Shown in pieces: positions 27,451 to 43,300 of a DNA stretch of 64,000 bases. Within the stretch, counting starts at the first letter, position 1, and each line of letters starts with the position of its first letter. The stretch lies in NCBI GenBank assembly GCA_964016885.1, contig OZ024758.1:39432001-39496000 (forward strand), in the 5' to 3' direction. This DNA is from Eledone cirrhosa (lineage: Eukaryota). The translations under genes and the position numbers were made by a program. The notes below the pieces were generated by a model, which ran no database searches, had not been told where the DNA came from, and was given only the letters and a program-made list of their open reading frames with translations.

Positions 27451-30400
27451 ACAGCTAATACCATGAACTTAAATGAATTCTCACCAACAGTGGAGTTACT
27501 TCTGACAGCTAATACCATGAACTTAAATGAATTCTCACCAACATTGGAGTGACTTCTGACAGCTAATACCATGAACTTAAATGAATTCTCACCAACATTG
27601 GGGTTACTTCTGACAGCTAGTACCATGAACTTAAATGAATTCTCACCAACAGTGGAGTGACTTCTGACAGCTAATACCATGAACTTAAATGAATTCTCAC
27701 CAACATTGGAGTGACTTCTGACAGCTAATACCATGAACTTAAATGAATTCTCACCAACAGTTGAGTTACTTCTGACAGCTAGTACCATGAACTTAAATGA
27801 ATTCTCACCAACAGTGGAGTTACTTCTGACAGCTAATACCATGAACTTAAATGAATTCTCAGCAACAGTGGAGTTCCTTCTGACAGCTAATACCATGAAC
27901 TTAAATGAATTCTCACCAACATTGGAGTTACTTCTGACAGCTAGTACCATGAACTTAAATGAATTCTCACCAATAGTGGAGTTACTTCTGACAGCTAATA
28001 CCATGAACTTAAATGAATTCTCACCAACAGTGGCGTTCCTTCTGACAGCTAATACCATGAACTTAAATGAATTCTCACCAACAGTGGAGTTACTTCTGAC
28101 AGCTAATACCATGAACTTAAATGAATTCTCACCAACAGTGGAGTTACTTCTGACAGCTAATACCATGAACTTAAATGAATTCTCACCAACATTGGAGTGA
28201 CTTCTGACAGCTAATACCATGAACTTAAATGAATTCTCACCAACATTGGGGTTACTTCTGACAGCTAATACCATGAACTTAAATGAATTCTCACCAACAT
28301 TGGAGTTACTTCTGACAGCTAATACCATGACTTAAATGAATTCTCACCAACAGTGGAGTTACTTCTGACAGCTAATACCATCAACTTAAATGAATTCTCA
28401 CCAACAGTGGAGTTACTTCTGACAGCTAGTACCATGAACTTAAATGAATTCTCACCAACAGTGGAGTTACTTCTGACAGCTAATACCATGAACTTAAATG
28501 AATTCTCACCAACATTGGAGTTACTTCTGACAGCTAATACCATGACTTAAATGAATTCTCACCAACAGTGGAGTTACTTCTGACAGCTAATACCATGAAC
28601 TTAAATGAATTCTCACCAACATTGGAGTTACTTCTGACAGCTAATACCATGACTTAAATGAATTCTCACCAACAGTGGAGTTACTTCTGACAGCTAATAC
28701 CATGAACTTAAATGAATTCTCACCAACATTGGAGTTGCTTCTGACAGCTAGTACCATGAACTTAAATGAATTCTCACTAACAGTGGAGTTACTTCTGACA
28801 GCCAATACCATGAACTTAAATGAATTCTCACCAACAGTGGAGTTACTTCTGACAGCTAATACCATGAACTTAAATGAATTCTCACCAACAGTGGAGTTCC
28901 TTCTGACAGCTAATACCATGAACTTAAATGAATTCTCACCAACATTGGAGTTACTTCTGACAGCTAGTACCATGACTTAAATGAATTCTCACCAACAATG
29001 GAGTTACTTCTGACAGCTAATACCATGACTTAACTGAATTCTCACCAACAGTGGAGTTACTTCTGACAGCTAATACCATGAACTTAAATGAATTCTCACC
29101 AACAGTGGAGTTCCTTCTGACAGCTAATACCATGAACTTAAATGAATTCTCACCAACAGTGGCGTTCCTTCTGACAGCTAATACCATGAACTTAAATGAA
29201 TTCTCACCAACAGTGGAGTTACTTCTGACAGCTAGTACCATGATTTAAATGAATTCTCACCAACATTGGAGTTCCTTCTGACAGCTAATACCATGAACTT
29301 AAATGAATTCTCACCAACATTGGAGTTACTTCTGACAACTAATACCATGACTTAAATGAATTCTCACCAACAGTGGAGTTACTTCTGACAAACTAATACC
29401 ATGAACTTAAATGAATTCTCACCAACAGTGGAGTTACTTCTGACAGCTAATACCATGAACTTAAATGAATTCTCACCAACATTGGAGTGACTTCTGACAG
29501 CTAATACCATGAACTTAAATGAATTCTCACCAACATTGGGGTTACTTCTGACAGCTAGTACCATGAACTTAAATGAATTCTCACCAACAGTGGAGTGACT
29601 TCTGACAGCTAATACCATGAACCTAAATGAATTCTCACCAACATTGGAGTGACTTCTGACAGCTAATACCATGAACTTAAATGAATTCTCACCAACATTG
29701 GAGTGACTTCTGACAGCTAATACCATGAACTTAAATGAATTCTCACCAACAGTGGAGTTACTTCTGACAGCTAGTACCATGAACTTAAATGAATTCTCAC
29801 CAACAGTGGAGTTACTTCTGACAGCTAATACCATGAACTTAAATGAATTCTCAGCAACAGTGGAGTTCCTTCTGACAGCTAATACCATGAACTTAAATGA
29901 ATTCTCACCAACATTGGAGTTACTTCTGACAGCTAGTACCATGAACTTAAATGAATTCTCACCAACAGTGGAGTTACTTCTGACAGCTAATACCATGAAC
30001 TTAAATGAATTCTCACCAACAGTGGCGTTCCTTCTGACAGCTAATACCATGAACTTAAATGAATTCTCACCAACAGTGGAGTTACTTCTGACAGCTAATA
30101 CCATGAACTTAAATGAATTCTCACCAACAGTGGCGTTACTTCTGACAGCTAATACCATGAACTTAAATGAATTCTCACCAACATTGGGGTTACTTCTGAC
30201 AGCTAGTACCATGAACTTAAATGAATTCTCACCAACAGTGGAGTGACTTCTGACAGCTAATACCATGAACTTAAATGAATTCTCACCAACATTGGAGTTA
30301 CTTCTGACAGCTAATACCATGACTTAAATGAATTCTCACCAACAGTGGAGTTACTTCTGACAGCTAATACCATGAACTTAAATGAATTCTCACCAACAGT

Positions 30401-33400
30401 GGAGTTACTTCTGACAGCTAATACCATGAACTTAAATGAATTCTCACCAACAGTGGAGTTACTTCTGACAGCTAATACCATGAACTTAAATGAATTCTCA
30501 CCAACATTGGAGTGACTTCTGACAGCTAATACCATGAACTTAAATGAATTCTCACCAACATTGGGGTTACTTCTGACAGCTAGTACCATGAACTTAAATG
30601 AATTCTCACCAACAGTGGAGTGACTTCTGACAGCTAATACCATGAACTTAAATGAATTCTCACCAACATTGGAGTGACTTCTGACAGCTAATACCATGAA
30701 CTTAAATGAATTCTCACCAACAGTTGAGTTACTTCTGACAGCTAGTACCATGAACTTAAATGAATTCTCACCAACAGTGGAGTTACTTCTGACAGCTAAT
30801 ACCATGAACTTAAATGAATTCTCAGCAACAGTGGAGTTCCTTCTGACAGCTAATACCATGAACTTAAATGAATTCTCACCAACATTGGAGTTACTTCTGA
30901 CAGCTAGTACCATGAACTTAAATGAATTCTCACCAACAGTGGAGTTACTTCTGACAGCTAATACCATGAACTTAAATGAATTCTCACCAACAGTGGCGTT
31001 CCTTCTGACAGCTAATACCATGAACTTAAATGAATTCTCACCAACAGTGGAGTTACTTCTGACAGCTAATACCATGAACTTAAATGAATTCTCACCAACA
31101 GTGGAGTTACTTCTGACAGCTAATACCATGAACTTAAATGAATTCTCACCAACATTGGAGTGACTTCTGACAGCTAATACCATGAACTTAAATGAATTCT
31201 CACCAACATTGGGGTTACTTCTGACAGCTAATACCATGAACTTAAATGAATTCTCACCAACATTGGAGTTACTTCTGACAGCTAATACCATGACTTAAAT
31301 GAATTCTCACCAACAGTGGAGTTACTTCTGACAGCTAATACCATGAACTTAAATGAATTCTCACCAACAGTCGAGTTACTTCTGACAGCTAGTACCATGA
31401 ACTTAAATGAATTCTCACCAACAGTGGAGTTACTTCTGACAGCTAATACCATGAACTTAAATGAATTCTCACCAACATTGGAGTTACTTCTGACAGCTAA
31501 TACCATGACTTAAATGAATTCTCACCAACAGTGGAGTTACTTCTGACAGCTAATACCATGAACTTAAATGAATTATCACCAACAGTGGAGTTACTTCTGA
31601 CAGCTAGTACCATGAACTTAAATGAATTCTCACCAACAGTGGAGTTACTTCTGACAGCTAATACCATGAACTTAAATGAATTCTCACCAACATTGGAGTT
31701 ACTTCTGACAGCTAATACCATGACTTAAATGAATTCTCACCAACAGTGGAGTTACTTCTGACAGCTAATACCATGAACTTAAATGAATTCTCACCAACAT
31801 TGGAGTTACTTCTGACAGCTAGTACCATGAACTTAAATGAATTCTCACTAACAGTGGAGTTACTTCTGACAGCCAATACCATGAACTTAAATGAATTCTC
31901 ACCAACATTGGAGTTATTTCTGACAGCTAGTACCATGAACTTAAATGAATTCTCACCAACAGTGGAGTTACTTCTGACAGCTAATACCATGAACTTAAAT
32001 GAATTCTCACCAACAGTGGAGTTACTTCTGACAGCTAATACCATGAACTTAAATGAATTCTCACCAACAGTGGAGTTACTTCTGACAGCTAATACCATGA
32101 ACTTAAATGAATTCTCACCAACATTGAAGTGACTTCTGACAGCTAATACCATGAACTTAAATGAATTCTCACCAACATTGGGGTTACTTCTGACAGCTAG
32201 TACCATGAACTTAAATGAATTCTCACCAACAGTGGAGTGACTTCTGACAGCTAATACCATGAACTTAAATGAATTCTCACCAACATTGGAGTTACTTCTG
32301 ACAGCTAATACCATGACTTAAATGAATTCTCACCAACAGTGGAGTTACTTCTGACAGCTAATACCATGAACTTAAATGAATTCTCACCAACAGTGGAGTT
32401 ACTTCTGACAGCTAATACCATGAACTTAAATGAATTCTCACCAACAGTGGAGTTACTTCTGACAGCTAATACCATGAACTTAAATGAATTCTCACCAACA
32501 TTGGAGTGACTTCTGACAGCTAATACCATGAACTTAAATGAATTCTCACCAACATTGGGGTTACTTCTGACAGCTAGTACCATGAACTTAAATGAATTCT
32601 CACCAACAGTGGAGTGACTTCTGACAGCTAATACCATGAACTTAAATGAATTCTCACCAACATTGGAGTGACTTCTGACAGCTAATACCATGAACTTAAA
32701 TGAATTCTCACCAACAGTTGAGTTACTTCTGACAGCTAGTACCATGAACTTAAATGAATTCTCACCAACAGTGGAGTTACTTCTGACAGCTAATACCATG
32801 AACTTAAATGAATTCTCAGCAACAGTGGAGTTCCTTCTGACAGCTAATACCATGAACTTAAATGAATTCTCACCAACATTGGAGTTACTTCTGACAGCTA
32901 GTACCATGAACTTAAATGAATTCTCACCAATAGTGGAGTTACTTCTGACAGCTAATACCATGAACTTAAATGAATTCTCACCAACAGTGGCGTTCCTTCT
33001 GACAGCTAATACCATGAACTTAAATGAATTCTCACCAACAGTGGAGTTACTTCTGACAGCTAATACCATGAACTTAAATGAATTCTCACCAACAGTGGAG
33101 TTACTTCTGACAGCTAATACCATGAACTTAAATGAATTCTCACCAACATTGGAGTGACTTCTGACAGCTAATACCATGAACTTAAATGAATTCTCACCAA
33201 CATTGGGGTTACTTCTGACAGCTAATACCATGAACTTAAATGAATTCTCACCAACATTGGAGTTACTTCTGACAGCTAATACCATGACTTAAATGAATTC
33301 TCACCAACAGTGGAGTTACTTCTGACAGCTAATACCATCAACTTAAATGAATTCTCACCAACAGTGGAGTTACTTCTGACAGCTAGTACCATGAACTTAA

Positions 33401-35100
33401 ATGAATTCTCACCAACAGTGGAGTTACTTCTGACAGCTAATACCATGAACTTAAATGAATTCTCACCAACATTGGAGTTACTTCTGACAGCTAATACCAT
33501 GACTTAAATGAATTCTCACCAACAGTGGAGTTACTTCTGACAGCTAATACCATGAACTTAAATGAATTCTCACCAACATTGGAGTTACTTCTGACAGCTA
33601 ATACCATGACTTAAATGAATTCTCACCAACAGTGGAGTTACTTCTGACAGCTAATACCATGAACTTAAATGAATTCTCACCAACATTGGAGTTACTTCTG
33701 ACAGCTAGTACCATGAACTTAAATGAATTCTCACTAACAGTGGAGTTACTTCTGACAGCCAATACCATGAACTTAAATGAATTCTCACCAACAGTGGAGT
33801 TACTTCTGACAGCTAATACCATGAACTTAAATGAATTCTCACCAACAGTGGAGTTCCTTCTGACAGCTAATACCATGAACTTAAATGAATTCTCACCAAC
33901 ATTGGAGTTACTTCTGACAGCTAGTACCATGACTTAAATGAATTCTCACCAACAATGGAGTTACTTCTGACAGCTAATACCATGACTTAACTGAATTCTC
34001 ACCAACAGTGGAGTTACTTCTGACAGCTAATACCATGAACTTAAATGAATTCTCACCAACAGTGGAGTTCCTTCTGACAGCTAATACCATGAACTTAAAT
34101 GAATTCTCACCAACAGTGGCGTTCCTTCTGACAGCTAATACCATGAACTTAAATGAATTCTCACCAACAGTGGAGTTACTTCTGACAGCTAGTACCATGA
34201 TTTAAATGAATTCTCACCAACATTGGAGTTCCTTCTGACAGCTAATACCATGAACTTAAATGAATTCTCACCAACATTGGAGTTACTTCTGACAACTAAT
34301 ACCATGACTTAAATGAATTCTCACCAACAGTGGAGTTACTTCTGACAAACTAATACCATGAACTAAAATGAATTCTCACCAACAGTGGAGTTACTTCTGA
34401 CAGCTAATACCATGAACTTAAATGAATTCTCACCAACATTGGAGTGACTTCTGACAGCTAATACCATGAACTTAAATGAATTCTCACCAACATTGGGGTT
34501 ACTTCTGACAGCTAGTACCATGAACTTAAATGAATTCTCACCAACAGTGGAGTGACTTCTGACAGCTAATACCATGAACCTAAATGAATTCTCACCAACA
34601 TTGGAGTGACTTCTGACAGCTAATACCATGAACTTAAATGAATTCTCACCAACATTGGAGTGACTTCTGACAGCTAATACCATGAACTTAAATGAATTCT
34701 CACCAACAGTGGAGTTACTTCTGACAGCTAGTACCATGAACTTAAATGAATTCTCACCAACAGTGGAGTTACTTCTGACAGCTAATACCATGAACTTAAA
34801 TGAATTCTCAGCAACAGTGGAGTTCCTTCTGACAGCTAATACCATGAACTTAAATGAATTCTCACCAACATTGGAGTTACTTCTGACAGCTAGTACCATG
34901 AACTTAAATGAATTCTCACCAACAGTGGAGTTACTTCTGACAGCTAATACCATGAACTTAAATGAATTCTCACCAACAGTGGCGTTCCTTCTGACAGCTA
35001 ATACCATGAACTTAAATGAATTCTCACCAACAGTGGAGTTACTTCTGACAGCTAATACCATGAACTTAAATGAATTCTCACCAACAGTGGAGTTACTTCT
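26990..35100 (+). repeat. 4957-bp offset (92-monomer) segmental duplication (about 27.0-30.1 kb vs about 31.95-35.1 kb)
   Basis: CCAATAGTGG ~27970/32927, CCATCAACT ~28378/33335, TTAACTG ~29030/33987 and CAATGG 28996/33953. Confidence 0.9.
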
Positions 35101-37329
35101 GACAGCTAATCCCATGAACTTAAATGAATTCTCACGAACATTGGAGTGACTTCTGACAGCTAATACCATGAACTTAAATGAATTCTCACCAACAGTGGAG
35201 TTACTTCTGACAGCTAATACCATGAACTTAAATGAATTCTCACCAACAGTGGAGTTACTTCTGACAGCTAGTACCATGAACTTAAATGAATTCTCACCAA
35301 CAGTGGAGTTACTTCTGACAGCTAATACCATGAACTTAAATGAATTCTCACCAACATTGGAGTTACTTCTGACAGCTAATACCATGACTTAAATGAATTC
35401 TCACCAACAGTGGAGTTACTTCTGACAGCTAATACCATGAACTTAAATGAATTCTCACCAACAGTGGAGTTACTTCTGACAGCTAGTACCATGATTTAAA
35501 TGAATTCTCACCAACATTGGAGTTCCTTCTGACAGCTAATACCATGAACTTAAATGAATTCTGACCAACAGTGGAGTTCCTTCTGACAGCTAATACCATG
35601 AACTTAAATGAATTCTCACCAACATTGGAGTTACTTCTGACAACTAATACCATGACTTAAATGAATTCTCACCAACAGTGGAGTTACTTCTGACAAACTA
35701 ATACCATGAACTTAAATGAATTCTCACCAACAGTGGAGTTACTTCTGACAGCTAATACCATGAACTTAAATGAATTCTCACCAACATTGGAGTGACTTCT
35801 GACAGCTAATACCATGAACTTAAATGAATTCTCACCAACATTGGGGTTACTTCTGACAGCTAGTACCATGAACTTAAATGAATTCTCACCAACAGTGGAG
35901 TGACTTCTGACAGCTAATACCATGAACCTAAATGAATTCTCACCAACATTGGAGTGACTTCTGACAGCTAATACCATGAACTTAAATGAATTCTCACCAA
36001 CAGTGGAGTTACTTCTGACACCTAGTACCATGAACTTAAATGAATTCTCACCAACAGTGGAGTTACTTCTGACAGCTAATACCATGAACTTAAATGAATT
36101 CTCAGCAACAGTGGAGTTCCTTCTGACAGCTAATACCATGAACTTAAATGAATTCTCACCAACATTGGAGTTACTTCTGACAGCTAGTACCATGAACTTA
36201 AATGAATTCTCACCAACAGTGGAGTTACTTCTGACAGATAATACCATGAACTTAAATGAATTCTCACCAACAGTGGCGTTCCTTCTGACAGCTAATACCA
36301 TGAACTTAAATGAATTCTCACCAACAGTGGAGTTACTTCTGACAGCTAGTACCATGACTTAAATGAATTCTCACCAACATTGGAGTTCCTTCTGACAGCT
36401 AATACCATGAACTTAAATGAATTCTCACCAACAGTGGAGTTACTTCTGACAGCTAATACCATGAACTTAAATGAATTCTCACCAACAGTGGAGTTACTTC
36501 TGACAGCTAATACCATGAACTTAAATGAATTCTCACCAACATTGGAGTGACTTCTGACAGCTAATACCATGAACTTAAATGAATTCTCACCAACATTGGG
36601 GTTACTTCTGACAGCTAGTACCATGAACTTAAATGAATTCTCACCAACAGTGGAGTGACTTCTGACAGCTAATACCATGAACTTAAATGAATTCTCACTA
36701 ACATTGGAGTTACTTCTGACAGCTAATACCATGACTTAAATGAATTATCACCAACAGTGGAGTTACTTCTGACAGCTAATACCATGAACTTAAATGAATT
36801 CTCACCAACAGTGGAGTTACTTCTGACAGCTAATACCATGAACTTAAATGAATTCTCACCAACATTGGAGTTACTTCTGACAGCTAGTACCATGACTTAA
36901 ATGAATTCTCACCAACATTGGAGTTACTTCTGACAGCTAATACCATGACTTAAATGAATTCTCACCAACAGTGGAGTTACTTCTGACAGCTAATACCATG
37001 AACTTAAATGAATTCTCACCAACAGTGGAGTTACTTCTGACAGCTAGTACCATGAACTTAAATGAATTCTCACCAACATTGGAGTTACTTCTGACAACTA
37101 ATACCATGACTTAAATGAATTCTCACCAACAGTGGAGTTACTTCTGACAAACTAATACCATGAACTTAAATGAATTCTCACCAACAGTGGAGTTACTTCT
37201 GACAGCTAGTACCATGAACTTAAATGAATTCTCACCAACATTGGAGTTACTTCTGACAGCTAATACCATGAACTTAAATGAATTCTCACCAACAGTCGAG
37301 TTACTTCTGACAGCTAGTACCATGAACTT

Positions 37330-40300
37330 AAATGAATTCTCACCAACAGTGGAGTTACTTCTGACAGCTAATACCATGAACTTAAATGAATTCTCACCAA
37401 CAGTGGAGTTACTTCTGACAGCTAGTACCATGAACTTAAATGAATTCTCACCAACAGTGGAGTTACTTCTGACAGCTAATACCATGAACTTAAATGAATT
37501 CTCACCAACATTGGAGTTACTTCTGACAGCTAATACCATGACTTAAATGAATTCTCACCAACAGTGGAGTTACTTCTGACAGCTAATACCATGAACTTAA
37601 ATGAATTCTCACCAACAGTGGAGTTACTTCTGACAGCTAGTACCATGATTTAAATGAATTCTCACCAACATTGGAGTTCCTTCTGACAGCTAATACCATG
37701 AACTTAAATGAATTCTGACCAACAGTGGAGTTCCTTCTGACAGCTAATACCATGAACTTAAATGAATTCTCACCAACATTGGAGTTACTTCTGACAACTA
37801 ATACCATGACTTAAATGAATTCTCACCAACAGTGGAGTGACTTCTGACAGCTAATACCATGAACCTAAATGAATTCTCACCAACATTGGAGTGACTTCTG
37901 ACAGCTAATACCATGAACTTAAATGAATTCTCACCAACATTGGAGTGACTTCTGACAGCTAATACCATGAACTTAAATGAATTCTCACCAACATTGGGGT
38001 TACTTCTGACAGCTAGTACCATGAACTTAAATGAATTCTCACCAACAGTGGAGTGACTTCTGACAGCTAATACCATGAACCAAAATGAATTCTCACCAAC
38101 ATTGGAGTGACTTCTGACAGCTAATACCATGAACTTAAATGAATTCTCACCAACAGTGGAGTTACTTCTGACACCTAGTACCATGAACTTAAATGAATTC
38201 TCACCAACAGTGGAGTTACTTCTGACAGCTAATACCATGAACTTAAATGAATTCTCAGCAACAGTGGAGTTCCTTCTGACAGCTAATACCATGAACTTAA
38301 ATGAATTCTCACCAACATTGGAGTTACTTCTGACAGCTAGTACCATGAACTTAAATGAATTCTCACCAACAGTGGAGTTACTTCTGACAGCTAATACCAT
38401 GAACTTAAATGAATTCTCACCAACAGTGGCGTTCCTTCTGACAGCTAATACCATGAACTTAAATGAATTCTCACCAACAGTGGAGTTACTTCTGACAGCT
38501 AGTACCATGACTTAAATGAATTCTCACCAACATTGGAGTTCCTTCTGACAGCTAATACCATGAACTTAAATGAATTCTCACCAACAGTGGAGTTACTTCT
38601 GACAGCTAATACCATGAACTTAAATGAATTCTCACCAACAGTGGAGTTACTTCTGACAGCTAATACCATGAACTTAAATGAATTCTCACCAACATTGGAG
38701 TGACTTCTGACAGCTAATACCATGAACTTAAATGAATTCTCACCAACATTGGGGTTACTTCTGACAGCTAGTACCATGAACTTAAATGAATTCTCACCAA
38801 CAGTGGAGTGACTTCTGACAGCTAATACCATGAACTTAAATGAATTCTCACTAACATTGGAGTTACTTCTGACAGCTAATACCATGACTTAAATGAATTA
38901 TCACCAACAGTGGAGTTACTTCTGACAGCTAATACCATGAACTTAAATGAATTCTCACCAACAGTGGAGTTACTTCTGACAGCTAATACCATGAACTTAA
39001 ATGAATTCTCACCAACATTGGAGTTACTTCTGACAGCTAGTACCATGACTTAAATGAATTCTCACCAACATTGGAGTTACTTCTGACAGCTAATACCATG
39101 ACTTAAATGAATTCTCACCAACATTGGAGTTACTTCTGACAGCTAATACCATGAACTTAAATGAATTCTCACCAACAGTGGAGTTACTTCTGACAGCTAG
39201 TACCATGAACTTAAATTAATTCTCACCAACATTGGAGTTACTTCTGACAACTAATACCATGACTTAAATGAATTCTCACCAACAGTGGAGTTACTTCTGA
39301 CAAACTAATACCATGAACTTAAATGAATTCTCACCAACAGTGGAGTTACTTCTGACAGCTAGTACCATGAACTTAAATGAATTCTCACCAACATTGGAGT
39401 TACTTCTGACAACTAATACCATGACTTAAATGAATTCTCACCAACAGTGGAGTTACTTCTGACAAACTAATACCATGAACTTAAATGAATTCTCACCAAC
39501 AGTGGAGTTACTTCTGACAGCTAGTACCATGAACCTAAATGAATTCTCACCAACAGTGGAGTTACTTCTGACAGCTAATACCATGAACTTAAATGAATTC
39601 TCAGCAACAGTGGAGTTCCTTCTGACAGCTAATACCATGAACTTAAATGAATTCTCACCAACATTGGAGTTATTTCTCACAGCTAGTACCATGAACTTAA
39701 ATGAATTCTCACCAACAGTGGAGTTACTTCTGACAGCTAATACCATGAACTTAAATGAATTCACACCAACAGTGGCGTTCCTTCTGACAGCTAATACCAT
39801 GAACTTAAATGAATTCTCACCAACAGTGGAGTTACTTCTGACAGCTAGTACCATGAACTTAAATGAATTCTCACCAACATTGGGGTTACTTCTGACAGCT
39901 AGTACCATGAACTTAAATGAATACTCACCAACAGTGGAGTGACTTCTGACAGCTAATACCATGAACTTAAATGAATTCTCACCAACATTGGAGTTACTTC
40001 TGACAGCTAATACCATGACTTAAATGAATTCTCACCAACAGTGGAGTTACTTCTGACAGCTAATACCATGAACTTAAATGAATTCTCACCAACATTGGAG
40101 TTACTTCTGACAGCGAGTACCATGACTTAAATGAATTCTCACCAACATTGGAGTTACTTCTGACAGCTAATACCATGACTTAAATGAATTCTCACCAACA
40201 GTGGAGTTACTTCTGACAGCTAATACCATGAACTTAAATGAATTCTCACCAACAGTGGAGTTACTTCTGACAGCTAGTACCATGAACTTAAATGAATTCT

Positions 40301-43300
40301 CACCAACAGTGGAGTTACTTCTGACAGCTAATACCATGAACTTAAATGAATTCTCACCAACATTGGAGTTACTTCTGACAGCTAATACCATGACTTAAAT
40401 GAGTTCTCACCAACAGTGGAGTTACTTCTGACAGCTAATACCATGAACTTAAATGAATTCTCACCAACATTGGAGTTACTTCTGACAGCTAGTACCATGA
40501 ACTTAAATGAATTCTCACCAACAGTGGAGTTACTTCTGACAGCTAATACCATGAACTTAAATGAATTCTCACCAACAGTGGAGTTACTTCTGACAGCTAA
40601 TACCATGAACTTAAATGAATTCTCACCAACAGTGGAGTTACTTCTGACAGCTAATACCATGAACTTAAATGAATTTTCACCAACATTGGAGTTACTTCTG
40701 ACAGCTAGTACCATGACTTAAATGAATTCTCACCAACATTGGAGTTACTTCTGACAGCTAGTACCATGACTTAAATGAATTCTCACCAACAATAGAGTTA
40801 CTTCTGACAGCTAATACCATGACTTAAATGAATTCTCACCAACAGTGGAGTTACTTCTGACAGCTAATACCATGAACTTAAATGAATTCTCACCAACAGT
40901 GGAGTTACTTCTGACAGCTAATACCATGAACTTAAATGAATTCTCACCAACAGTGGAGTTACTTCTGACAGCTAGTACCATGAACTTAAATGAATTCTCA
41001 CCAACAGTGGAGTTACTTCTGACAGCTAATACCATGAACTTAAATGAATTCTCACCAACAGTGGAGTTACTTCTGACAGCTAGTACCATGAACTTAAATG
41101 AATTCTCACCAACAGTGGAGTTACTTCTGACAGCTAATACCATGAACTTAAATGAATTCTCACCAACATTGGAGTTACTTCTGACAGCTAATACCATGAC
41201 TTAAATGAATTCTCACCAACAGTGGAGTTACTTCTGACAGCTAATACCATGAACTTAAATGAATTCTCACCAACAGTGGAGTTACTTCTGACAGCTAGTA
41301 CCATGATTTAAATGAATTCTCACCAACATTGGAGTTCCTTCTGACAGCTAATACCATGAACTTAAATGAATTCTGACCAACAGTGGAGTTCCTTCTGACA
41401 GCTAATACCATGAACTTAAATGAATTCTCACCAACATTGGAGTTACTTCTGACAACTAATACCATGACTTAAATGAATTCTCACCAACAGTGGAGTGACT
41501 TCTGACAGCTAATACCATGAACCTAAATGAATTCTCACCAACATTGGAGTGACTTCTGACAGCTAATACCATGAACTTAAATGAATTCTCACCAACATTG
41601 GAGTGACTTCTGACAGCTAATACCATGAACTTAAATGAATTCTCACCAACATTGGGGTTACTTCTGACAGCTAGTACCATGAACTTAAATGAATTCTCAC
41701 CAACAGTGGAGTGACTTCTGACAGCTAATACCATGAACCAAAATGAATTCTCACCAACATTGGAGTGACTTCTGACAGCTAATACCATGAACTTAAATGA
41801 ATGCTCACCAACAGTGGAGTTACTTCTGACACCTAGTACCATGAACTTAAATGAATTCTCACCAACAGTGGAGTTACTTCTGACAGCTAATACCATGAAC
41901 TTAAATGAATTCTCAGCAACAGTGGAGTTCCTTCTGACAGCTAATACCATGAACTTAAATGAATTCTCACCAACATTGGAGTTACTTCTGACAGCTAGTA
42001 CCATGAACTTAAATGAATTCTCACCAACAGTGGAGTTACTTCTGACAGCTAATACCATGAACTTAAATGAATTCTCACCAACAGTGGCGTTCCTTCTGAC
42101 AGCTAATACCATGAACTTAAATGAATTCTCACCAACAGTGGAGTTACTTCTGACAGCTAGTACCATGACTTAAATGAATTCTCACCAACATTGGAGTTCC
42201 TTCTGACAGCTAATACCATGAACTTAAATGAATTCTCACCAACAGTGGAGTTACTTCTGACAGCTAATACCATGAACTTAAATGAATTCTCACCAACAGT
42301 GGAGTTACTTCTGACAGCTAATACCATGAACTTAAATGAATTCTCACCAACATTGGAGTGACTTCTGACAGCTAATACCATGAACTTAAATGAATTCTCA
42401 CCAACATTGGGGTTACTTCTGACAGCTAGTACCATGAACTTAAATGAATTCTCACCAACAGTGGAGTGACTTCTGACAGCTAATACCATGAACTTAAATG
42501 AATTCTCACTAACATTGGAGTTACTTCTGACAGCTAATACCATGACTTAAATGAATTATCACCAACAGTGGAGTTACTTCTGACAGCTAATACCATGAAC
42601 TTAAATGAATTCTCACCAACAGTGGAGTTACTTCTGACAGCTAATACCATGAACTTAAATGAATTCTCACCAACATTGGAGTTACTTCTGACAGCTAGTA
42701 CCATGACTTAAATGAATTCTCACCAACATTGGAGTTACTTCTGACAGCTAATACCATGACTTAAATGAATTCTCACCAACAGTGGAGTTACTTCTGACAG
42801 CTAATACCATGAACTTAAATGAATTCTCACCAACAGTGGAGTTACTTCTGACAGCTAGTACCATGAACTTAAATGAATTCTCACCAACATTGGAGTTACT
42901 TCTGACAACTAATACCATGACTTAAATGAATTCTCACCAACAGTGGAGTTACTTCTGACAAACTAATACCATGAACTTAAATGAATTCTCACCAACAGTG
43001 GAGTTACTTCTGACAGCTAGTACCATGAACTTAAATGAATTCTCACCAACATTGGAGTTACTTCTGACAACTAATACCATGACTTAAATGAATTCTCACC
43101 AACAGTGGAGTTACTTCTGACAAACTAATACCATGAACTTAAATGAATTCTCACCAACAGTGGAGTTACTTCTGACAGCTAGTACCATGAACCTAAATGA
43201 ATTCTCACCAACAGTGGAGTTACTTCTGACAGCTAATACCATGAACTTAAATGAATTCTCAGCAACAGTGGAGTTCCTTCTGACAGCTAATACCATGAAC

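Larger units (their letters stand above)
21950..35400 (+). repeat. Satellite sub-domain C
   Basis: Private markers: TTGAAGTGA (~22857, 25012, 27167, 32124), CACTAACAGTGG...GCCAAT (~24520, 26675, 28775, 31846, 33732), AAGGAATTCACACC (~22462, 24671, 26826) and CAGTTGAG (27758, 30721, 32715). Boundaries are approximate. Confidence 0.8.
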
